A model generated the notes under the pieces. That model searched no databases. It had not been told where the DNA came from and worked only from the letters and a program-made list of their open reading frames with translations. Below, piece by piece: positions 31,728-40,945 of a stretch of DNA of 40,945 bases (the first letter of the stretch is position 1; each line of letters begins with the position of its first letter). A program made the position numbers and the translations under genes. The DNA lies in NCBI RefSeq assembly GCF_001194135.2, contig NC_068986.1, positions 96,653,574 to 96,694,518 on the forward strand, given 5' to 3'. This stretch comes from Octopus bimaculoides (Eukaryota).

Positions 31728-32966
31728 GAAGCCCTGTTGGACATTGCTGTGCAATTTACAGATAAGACAGTTGTTCCTCTAAAATATATTTCACCATTAG
31801 ATTACAAGCTAGAAATTTCTTCACTTAATCGGCAAGTACTGAAAATCCCTCGACCATTTGGTTTGCCTTATCAACCAACTGTAATTGCTACAGGGCCAGG
31901 TGAGGGCCAGTTGAACATCTCCCTTCGACTTGGACATAGATGTTTCAAGAAAAATATGTTACCACTTGTCTCAAAAACTCTTCACATGAACATCGAGTTT
32001 ACTAATGAACGAAGCTACCTTGACAAACTGCAGCGAGATAGTCACTATGACAACCGAGCAAGTCGCTTTGACAACCGAGTTAATCGTTATGACAACCGTG
32101 CTAGTGACCGCTGGAACCAAAAATCGTCTCCCCAGACTTCATTTTCTGTGCCCACTATTGACATCAGTGCTCAAGATAACAAAATCTACTATGAAAACAT
32201 CAAAAGTGGTATTAAGCAAATTCCTAAAGTGGCTGACCACCGACAACTCCAATACAAAGAGCAGCAGAATCAACAACAACATCTGCAACAAGACTTCCTT
32301 ATTGATAACAATAACAATATTGATGGAATGAGACCAAAATCTGCACCTCAGCTGCAACAAGTAGTGAAAGCACCAGAACTCTCTGCCTTGGAGATTGTCA
32401 TGTATGTCCTGTTGGCTGTTTTCTGCATGGCAATCATCGTCTTCACAGTGAACTGTGTTGTCTTCACTGTACGCTATCGCCGCAAGCAAATGCCAAAAGA
32501 CATGTGTGGTGGAACAGAGCCTGTGTCGAGTGCCCGTGACTGGGTGTGGGTCGGTCAAGCAACACTGGAGCGGAATGCCGTTAACACGCGCTGCTCTCAG
32601 ACTCTGATGCCTGAGGAGGACTTCAATGGGAACCAGATGCGTGCTCGCCTGTACAGTGGTACAGAGAGCACCAGGTCAGCTGGCTCCGCGTCAGCTAATT
32701 CTTCCGCTGCCACGTCCGCCGGGGGCGGCAGTGGAAGTGGAAGCAATCGCAATAGTACTGTGTCTACGTACATGGGATCTGAATGCAGCATCCGCATCAC
32801 AGCCAACCCTATGCCTGCTGAAGGTGCAACAGGGGCAGCAGGAGTTAGTACGGACAGTCATAGTAATCATCATAATGCCCCTCCAGAGTGGGATTACGAA
32901 GCAATGGGGCTTACTTATGAGCAGTTTCGAGATTACCTGGACAATCTGAAAGAATCGACTGCCTAA
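31728..32966 (+). CDS. TMEM132: TMEM132-family protein, last coding exon (end of ectodomain, transmembrane helix, cytoplasmic tail)
   Basis: Acceptor tctgttttatattccAG; 412 codons from EALLDIAVQFTDKTVVPLKYISP to YLDNLKESTA, then TAA. The TM segment LSALEIVMYVLLAVFCMAIIVFTVNC (about 32394-32471) matches the family [26 protein letters not shown]. The DWVWVG motif and the C-terminal ...YLDNLKE helix are also family-like. Confidence 0.96.
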   Translation, partial: EALLDIAVQFTDKTVVPLKYISPLDYKLEISSLNRQVLKIPRPFGLPYQPTVIATGPGEGQLNISLRLGHRCFKKNMLPLVSKTLHMNIEFTNERSYLDKLQRDSHYDNRASRFDNRVNRYDNRASDRWNQKSSPQTSFSVPTIDISAQDNKIYYENIKSGIKQIPKVADHRQLQYKEQQNQQQHLQQDFLIDNNNNIDGMRPKSAPQLQQVVKAPELSALEIVMYVLLAVFCMAIIVFTVNCVVFTVRYRRKQMPKDMCGGTEPVSSARDWVWVGQATLERNAVNTRCSQTLMPEEDFNGNQMRARLYSGTESTRSAGSASANSSAATSAGGGSGSGSNRNSTVSTYMGSECSIRITANPMPAEGATGAAGVSTDSHSNHHNAPPEWDYEAMGLTYEQFRDYLDNLKESTA

Positions 32967-33007
32967 ACATCAGTTATTTGTTTTTCCTGTCTTTGTCTTG
33001 TGTTGCA

Positions 33008-33091
33008 ATGGACAGCTGCACTTCCTGTGTACACAGCAGCTCTTCCTGTGTATACAGCAGCACTTTCTGCATACACAGCTTCCATTTTCCT
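33008..33091 (+). repeat. About 4 x 21-bp tandem repeat just after the TMEM132 stop codon
   Basis: Units ATGGACAGCTGCACTTCCTGT / GTACACAGCAGCTCTTCCTGT / GTATACAGCAGCACTTTCTGC / ATACACAGCTTCCATTTTCCT. Confidence 0.9.
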
Positions 33092-33226
33092 TGTTATTTC
33101 GATAATTCTAGTGACGATGTTTTCTCCGAGCAATGGGCTCAACACACTGAATGGATTTATTAAATCTGAAGAACGAAGACTGACTTATAGACATGTATAA
33201 ACACACACACACACATACACAAACAC

Positions 33227-33259
<33 letters not shown>

Positions 33260-33418
33260 TACACATAGCTTGCAGCTATATCAGTGACAAATAGTTGTAC
33301 ACTCACCAGACTGAACAGATTGAAGGGAATACACACAGGGCTAGTGTTTGCGTCAATGACTGCCACCCACAGACCTATATATGTATATATATATATACAT
33401 ATGTATGTATATATATAA

Positions 33419-33461
<43 letters not shown>

Positions 33462-34398
33462 AATCAATATTCCTGTTCATTACATGGAAGAGTAGAACTG
33501 AACAGAGAAGGACCTGTACTTGAGTGTAACCATACATATACACATACACATACACAAATTAACATGCACACCATCAATAAAATCACAAACACAGACACAC
33601 ACATAAATATACATATACGCATATATGCACTCACATACTCATACACAAATATAGATAGATATTTTTTGTATATTTTCTTTTTTGCTTTTCTAATTTTTTT
33701 CTTTTTGTTTTTTTGTGTGTTTGTCAATATTGGACTGGGAAGTCTAGAATTTTGAGGCCCTAAGAAGGATGGTTTATCACAGCAAAACTTCTCTCCAAAT
33801 GAACAAATTTCTTTATTTTTCATTTCAAAAAAAAAAAAGAAAAAATTAAAAAAAAAAAACCCATGTTGCTGCATTCATGTTTGTGTTTCTGTGAATATAA
33901 CAGTATGAAGATTCAATTCTGGCATGCATATATGTGTGTGTGTGTGCGTTTGTGTTTGTGTTGTATGATTATGTCAAAGGAGAAAAGCTGTGGTATTGAG
34001 ACATGAATTCTTCAACTAGTTTCTCCAGTGTAACCCTAAATAACAAAACCTCTGCCTCACTCAGACACTCACAACATCAACAACATCAACAACAACAACA
34101 ACAACAATGATCACAACTACAACAACATCTGCCGCCATAAGTACAACAACGACAACTAAAGCAAAATACAACAGCAATTATAACAACTTCTACAACAGAA
34201 ATAAAGAAAGAAAACGGGAGTAAATTATGCCATTTGTTGTCAAATGATATAAAATGCCATAACTCTGTTTCCATGGCAACGTTGTGTCTCCTCTCTTTTC
34301 CATGCTTGATCCTTGATTTTTATCTTTTCTTTTTTTTTTTTGATGTTTGTCATCATTATCACCATCATCATCATCATTTATTGTTAACAATAACTTTA

Positions 34399-34417
34399 TT
34401 ATTATTATTACTATTAC

Positions 34418-34454
<37 letters not shown>

Positions 34455-34707
34455 GACCTCAGCAGTGATGGATTTTTCCGAATCATTATTGTGTTGGACA
34501 AAATGCCTAGTGGTATTTCTTCCAACTCATTACATTTTGATTTCAAATTCCGCTGGGGTCAACTTTGCCTTTCATCCTTCTGGGGTCTATAAAATAGACT
34601 ATCACTCAAGTATTGGGATTGATGGAATCAACTAACACCCACCTCCACTCAAAGTTGCTGGCTTTGTGCCAAAATTTGAAACCACTATCATTATCATCAT
34701 TAATATC

Positions 34708-34790
<83 letters not shown>

Positions 34791-34808
34791 TATTATTATT
34801 ATTATTAT
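34399..34808. repeat. Two (TAT)n arrays (about 34399-34454 and 34711-34808) flanking a SINE
   Basis: Directly visible; source of the poly-Ile/poly-Leu ORFs. Confidence 0.95.
34455..34690 (+). mobile_element. SINE family B between (TAT)n tracts
   Basis: GACAAAATGCCTAGTGGTATTTC...TTCAAATTCCGCTGGGGTCAACTTTGCCTTTCATCC...TGTGCCAAAATTTGAAACC. Confidence 0.8.
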
Positions 34809-35107
34809 CATCATTCAGTTGTGGAAAGAACTGAAGATAGAGTGCCAGAAAAAATGCTTAATAGTATTCAGTTATGTTTCCCTTTACATTCTGAATTCAA
34901 ATCTTACTGGGGCCAACTCTGATTTTTTTTTTTTTGTTTTTTTGTTTTTTTACCCAGGGTGGGGTAGGGGTGGAGAATCCATAAACTAAGTGACAAACCA
35001 ATTACTGGGGTGGGGTGTGAATCATTTCGATTAATTAACATATGCTCTCTTTCTCTCTCTCTCTCTCCTGCAAATTTGTGGCCTTGTGACAATGTCAGTT
35101 ATCTAAT

Positions 35108-35145
<38 letters not shown>

Positions 35146-35704
35146 AAATATGAAGCATTTAGGCAGCAAGGAGAAACGGTTTGTTAAGCACACACAAATG
35201 CAAGTGCATAATGAAACACAGATGCAAACTTCTAAACTATTACGACTCCTCCATAAATATTCCCTTTCCGCCAACACTGACTTCTCTTATGCTGGCCACA
35301 TGACCTGGACCCATCGACACCACTCTTGAATGATTGGGAATATGTCTGCATATGTGTGTGTGTATGTGCACGTGTATGTGTGTGGGATACCTGTGCAGTC
35401 ATGATAAAGAGGGTGATGAAGGGATGGTCAGTAAATGGCATGAGGAGGAGGAGGAGGAGGAGGAGAGTGAGGAAGAGATGAAAGCTGCCACACAGATATG
35501 TATATGTATTTATATCGATATGTACATGTGTTTGTGTATGTATGTGTGTGTGTGTGTGTGTTTGCGTGCATGTATATTTTGTGCTTGTGTGTATATGGTG
35601 GGGTAGTTTCCTCTATACAGAAGTGGGTATCTTCAGATTTATAGTGGAAAAACAAAAAGAAATTTATGTTGTTGTGACATTCATACCTTTCCAAAAGTAC
35701 ACTC

Positions 35705-35840
35705 ATATATAAATATAAGCAGCATAGTTCATATGCGTAACTATATAACACGTGTTTGTTAAAAATTTGATTGCAGCTTCAACATATATATAAATATAAG
35801 CAGCATAGTTCATATGCGTAACTATATAACACGTGTTTGT
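35705..35840. repeat. 81-bp-period tandem repeat running into a gap
   Basis: A 55-bp block is identical at 35705-35759 and 35786-35840, followed by 664 N. Confidence 0.85.
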
Positions 35841-36504
35841 NNNNNNNNNNNNNNNNNNNNNNNNNNNNNNNNNNNNNNNNNNNNNNNNNNNNNNNNNNNN
35901 NNNNNNNNNNNNNNNNNNNNNNNNNNNNNNNNNNNNNNNNNNNNNNNNNNNNNNNNNNNNNNNNNNNNNNNNNNNNNNNNNNNNNNNNNNNNNNNNNNNN
36001 NNNNNNNNNNNNNNNNNNNNNNNNNNNNNNNNNNNNNNNNNNNNNNNNNNNNNNNNNNNNNNNNNNNNNNNNNNNNNNNNNNNNNNNNNNNNNNNNNNNN
36101 NNNNNNNNNNNNNNNNNNNNNNNNNNNNNNNNNNNNNNNNNNNNNNNNNNNNNNNNNNNNNNNNNNNNNNNNNNNNNNNNNNNNNNNNNNNNNNNNNNNN
36201 NNNNNNNNNNNNNNNNNNNNNNNNNNNNNNNNNNNNNNNNNNNNNNNNNNNNNNNNNNNNNNNNNNNNNNNNNNNNNNNNNNNNNNNNNNNNNNNNNNNN
36301 NNNNNNNNNNNNNNNNNNNNNNNNNNNNNNNNNNNNNNNNNNNNNNNNNNNNNNNNNNNNNNNNNNNNNNNNNNNNNNNNNNNNNNNNNNNNNNNNNNNN
36401 NNNNNNNNNNNNNNNNNNNNNNNNNNNNNNNNNNNNNNNNNNNNNNNNNNNNNNNNNNNNNNNNNNNNNNNNNNNNNNNNNNNNNNNNNNNNNNNNNNNN
36501 NNNN

Positions 36505-36583
<79 letters not shown>

Positions 36584-37280
36584 GCATACATTTGGGTGTA
36601 TGTTTATATGCATGTGTATGTGTTAATGTATATACAAGTACTTTAATAAATATAAACACTTACATGATGTGTTTAGGTAAACGTGGCAATATGTTTATTT
36701 GTTCCATACCATGGGTTTCATGTTGACTGCATGCAGCAAACAATGGAATATTTAAATGTAGCTTTACAAAGTAAATCATTTTGTACATGTCTCACTCACA
36801 TGAGCTGAGGCACTCAGTCAGGACATGAGTGAGATAGCAGGTTTATGTCAGATATTGTTGCAGAATATAATAAATAATATTAAATAATAATTATTTTTAT
36901 TATTGTTATTATTTCATTTCTTATTTTACTCTCTCTATTACCACCAGCTCACAGCCATAAACTTATTCCTTTTATTATAATATTTTATTCTCTCTCATCA
37001 CTTTGCCTAAAATCACCACATTCTCTCTCTTTCTCTCTTCTTTTAGTTATAGTGACCCTCTTTAGACCCTTCACTGTTGCAAGTTGTTTGGTGACCTCAA
37101 TAGCAGTGCGCCATAAAAGGAGTATTCATACACTGTAAAATGTTTGATGTTAGGAAGGGCATCCAGCCACAGAGATCATGCCAAATCAGACATCAGGGTA
37201 CAGTGCAGTCCTCTAATTTGTTGGATCCTCTTGAACTGTCCAGCTCATGCCAGCATGGAGAAAGGACATTAAATGATGAT

Positions 37281-37416
37281 GCATCCAGCTGTAGAAACTC
37301 TGCCAAATTAGACTGGAGCCTGGTGTTGCCATCCGGTTTCACCAGTCCTCAGTCAAATCGTCCAACCCATGCTAGCATGGAAAGTGGACGTTAAACGATG
37401 ATGATGATGATGATGA
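37281..37416 (+). mobile_element. Young SINE/LINE-tail repeat with (GAT)n tail (family A, RTE-like 3' end)
   Basis: GCATCCAGCTGTAGAAACTCTGCC...CCAACCCATGCTAGCATGGAAAGTGGACGTTAAAC(GAT)n; 115/121 identical to rc of 38534-38654. An older copy lies immediately upstream (about 37075-37280). Confidence 0.85.
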
Positions 37417-37433
37417 TTATTATTATTATTATT

Positions 37434-37550
37434 AAGGCAGCAAGTTGGCAGAATTGTTAGCACGCTGGACAAAATGCTTAGCAGAATTTCTTCTGAAATT
37501 ATATTCTGATTTCAAATTCTGCTGAGATCATCTTTGCCTTTCATCCTTCC
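37434..37550 (+). mobile_element. SINE family B, 3'-truncated
   Basis: AAGGCAGCAAGTTGGCAGAATTGTTAGCACGCTGGACAAAATGCTTAG...TTTGCCTTTCATCC. Confidence 0.75.
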
Positions 37551-37739
37551 AATCAATTACTGGTATCAATTTTATCAACCATACCCTTGCCCAAAATGTG
37601 TCTCTATGCCAACCAATGTTACTAATGAGTTAGTAATGCTACTTGTTTATATACTTATATATATATATATNNNNNNNNNNNNNNNNNNNNNNNNNNNNNN
37701 NNNNNNNNNNNNNNNNNNNNNNNNNNNNNNNNNNNNNNN

Positions 37740-37779
<40 letters not shown>

Positions 37780-38533
37780 GCAAAAGTTCCAACCTTGCCT
37801 CTTGTGCTTGTAAAAGGTAGAAAAATAAGATATACTCAATACATGTAATAGAGATTGTTCATTTATTCAAAACAGGCTTCTTTTTGTTCTGAGCTTCACT
37901 GAGGTCCATATATCTATTTTCCAGTGCTGCATGTGTGCGTGTTCATATATGTATGTACATATTCGTGTGTGTGTGTGTGTGTGTAATGTATGTAAATATA
38001 TATTTGATTTGTACACACACACACACCTAAGTTCTGATCTGTTACAGCTTCACTCCAGCAACACTGGTGTAATGGCACAGCTTGCTTCGACTATAGACCA
38101 ACCTGTGATTCTGGAATGGCTTAACCTACCTGTTTGAAAGTTGTAGGAAGACATAAGTATTGTTGAATGAACCGTTTGTTCAATATTTACTAATTGCATG
38201 TAGACATTAAAGAGGGATAAGCTGTATTGTATAATCTTAATGGCATGGTCTGTTCAGGTTGTGTTGCAATGGTGGGATATCAAAATCAGTGCTGATGATT
38301 AGTAAAACAATTTATTATCTCAACAGCAAGCCTTTTATGGTAACAACATATATATAGTCTCTTTGGACCATATCTCATTATAGTATCTTTCAAATTTATG
38401 TGGAAGGAATCTTAACATGCAACCATATTTACAACTGAGAAGACTGCACCTCTACATGGACCCTAAAAATAACTGGGTGGATTGTAAACCCTTGTGGTCT
38501 GTATTAGTAGCTGTGTTAACTACATCTCCATTC

Positions 38534-38825
38534 TCATCGTTTAACGTCCGCTTTCCATGCTAGCATGGGTTGGACGATTTGACTGAGGACTGGTGAAACC
38601 AGATGGCTACACCAAGCTCCAATCTGATTTGGCAGAGTTTCTACAGCTGGATGCCCTTCCTAACGCCAACCACTCCGAGAGTGTAGTGGGTGCTTTTTAC
38701 GTGCCACCGGCACGAAGGCCAGTCAGACGATACTGGCAACAGCCACGTTCAAAATGGTGTATTTTATGTGCCACCCACACAAGAGCCAGTCCAGGGGCAC
38801 TGGCAACGATCTCGCTCGCAGATTA
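38534..38825 (-). mobile_element. Family A repeat, longer copy with an internal 67-bp duplication
   Basis: TCATCGTTTAACGTCCGCTTTCCATGCTAGCATGGGTTGGACG...; GTGCCACC...GCCAGTC...ACTGGCAAC occurs at 38701 and 38768. Confidence 0.85.
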
Positions 38826-38873
38826 GTCAAGTTATGGATTTAATGTCATCATTTTATTATTGTTCCTGTTGTT

Positions 38874-39342
38874 AAAGTGGTAAGCTGGCTGGATGATTAG
38901 CACGCTAAACAAAATGCTTAGTGGCATTTCTTCTGGCTTTATGCCCTGAGTTCAAACTTCGTCAAGGTTGGCTTTACCTTTCATCCTTTTGGGGGGGGGG
39001 TCGATAAAAATAAGTGCTAATTAAGTATTGGGAGTGATGCAATTGACTTCCTCTTTCCCTCAAAGACTGCTGACCCTGTCCCAAAATTTTAAACTATTAT
39101 TATTATTATCATTATTATTGTTGTTAAGGTGGTGAGATGGCGGGATTGTTAGCATGTCAGACAAAATGCTCAATGATATTTCTTCTGGCTACATTTTCTG
39201 AGTTCAAATTCTGCCAACATAGGCTTTACTTTTCATCCTTTCAGGGTCGATAAAATAAGTACCAGTTAAGCACTGGTGTCAATGTAATCAATTACTCCTT
39301 CCTCTAAAATTGATGGCCTTGTGCTAAAATTTGAAACCATTA
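38874..39342 (+). mobile_element. Two tandem SINE family B copies (about 38874-39095 and 39126-39342)
   Basis: Each has the GGTGGT(A/G)AG...TTAGCA...AAAATGCT...TGAGTTCAAA...TTTCATCCTTT...GTCGATAAAA...AAAATTT(G/T)AAAC layout followed by TAT repeats. Confidence 0.8.
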
Positions 39343-40945
39343 TTAATGTTGTAGTTGTTTTATTAGTATGGCAGACTTCCTCTTTATACAAAGTAACTTA
39401 GCAAATCACTTTGTCTGTTTTGTGGGTAGTCACCTATGTATAATTATGTGTGTGTTTAGTTGTATGTTTGCAACAATGTATCTAACTGTATGTGCCTACA
39501 TATCTATATGTCTGTATATAAATACATTCATAGATATAGATAAATTTACATATGTATACTTCATAATGTTGTCACTATTCTCTCTCATCTGTCTCTCCCT
39601 CACTTTCTCTTTTATACTCATACATACAACTATATCTTATATATAATTATTATACATTATAAATATATACTACAAATATGTACATATATTTGTGTATGTG
39701 TGTTTGCACATATATGTGTGCATGTGTGTGTTAGATATCTGTGCTTTTGTAACTAATAATAAAATATATAATCATTGAATTGGCAGAATCACTATAGCCT
39801 TGCAGCATGTAGCTACATCTTTTTACAATCTATCCAAGTTTAATTTTGCATTCAGTCCTTCTGGGGACAATAAAATAGAATACCAGTCATACAGTGAGGT
39901 CAATATAATCAACTATGCCCCTTGCCCAACTAATTCGACCTTATGTCAATATTTGAAAGCCAATATTCAATATTCAAGTTGTGTCTTCTAAAATCTAGTC
40001 TCTTTTCTTGGGGTTTATGTTTTCTGGTAAAACTTATTTTGTTCCACTTAAAAGGAAAAGAAAACGAAAAATCACATAATCACACCCCTCTCTGCCAATC
40101 AAGAAATTTCTGATACACGAACAATGAAAATGAAAATAAAGAATGAGAAAAAGGAAACAATTTCTTCAGAATTTTACTTCTTATTTTTTTATTTTGACAT
40201 CTTTTTAAATGGTTTAAATGCTTGCTTCACACCATGTCATAGAATGTGGAGGGTTTGCAGTGCCTGGAATGGCAGAGCGATGTTATATTACATGTTGAAC
40301 TGTTCGATATGTGTGACAAGGTAGAAAATCTGTCAATGAATTTCATCTGACCCATGCAAGCATTGAGAAGTGGATGTTAAAACAAATATATGTACAGTGG
40401 AATCTCAGTTTACAAATTTAATTCCTTTCTGAAGGCTGTTCGTCACCTGAGATGTTTGTAAACTGAAATTATTTTTTCTATAGGAAATTCAAGAGAGGAA
40501 ACAGCGAATTCGAGCAGAAATGTGCACTAAGTGAAAGCTAGACAGCAACTGATGCTCTCTGGCTGATATCCCCAGCTTGTAGGCTTGAGTGTTCATTACT
40601 GGAAACACCGTTCATCATCCAAGATGTTTATATTCGAAAAACTGTTTGTAAACCGATGTCCCACTGTGTATATGAGTGAATGTATGTGAACGGTACTTCA
40701 AAAATACTGATATTCATGGCAACTAGATGGATGAATCCGTGGTTATTCAGTTGATCATCACTATATCTCTCAAGTGCATAGTGCAAGGGGCATAACTCTC
40801 AGTGTATGACCAGTATTTTTAATATTTATGTAATGATATATATAAACGATGATGATGATATATATATATATATATGTATACCGGGCATCGGAAAGTCGCC
40901 TCGCCGGCGATCGCGCAACCTGTCGCCCAGCCGGTCCGGCATCGG

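Noticed and set aside
32005-32949. Several alternative-frame and antisense ORFs over the last TMEM132 exon
   Set aside because: Shadow ORFs of a real, higher-GC coding exon.
33576-33581. AATAAA as TMEM132 polyadenylation signal
   Set aside because: The hexamer is common in this AT-rich DNA, other copies exist (e.g. near 34200), and the A-run at about 33827-33860 could cause internal priming. The site cannot be chosen from sequence alone.

Overview
AT-rich, repeat-dense metazoan genomic DNA with eight assembly gaps. The microsatellite load and SINE/mariner families look like a coleoid cephalopod, probably Octopus; this is recognition from memory, not a database result. The one well-supported protein-coding gene is the 3' part of a TMEM132-family single-pass membrane protein on the + strand. 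It has six spliced exons (21389-21584, 23124-23267, 24591-24796, 28063-28327, 30358-30549, 31728-32966) with GT-AG introns and consistent phases; its 5' exons were not found in the window. The rest is intron/intergenic DNA with tRNA-derived and RTE-tail-like SINEs, an internally deleted Tc1/mariner (DD37D/maT-like) element, several MITEs, a possible Helitron, minisatellites and microsatellites. The most notable observations are: (1) a type I hammerhead ribozyme with a complete core at 9906-9949, embedded in an inverted duplication that could fold over and silence it; (2) a second, nearly intact Penelope-type hammerhead on the - strand at 22756-22801; (3) a 77-codon in-frame hydrophobic extension directly after the TMEM132 stop codon; (4) a cluster of consensus 5' splice sites in the last intron; (5) a 95% identical inverted SINE pair downstream of the gene. 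Nearly all other ORFs in the supplied track are microsatellite, gap or low-complexity artefacts.
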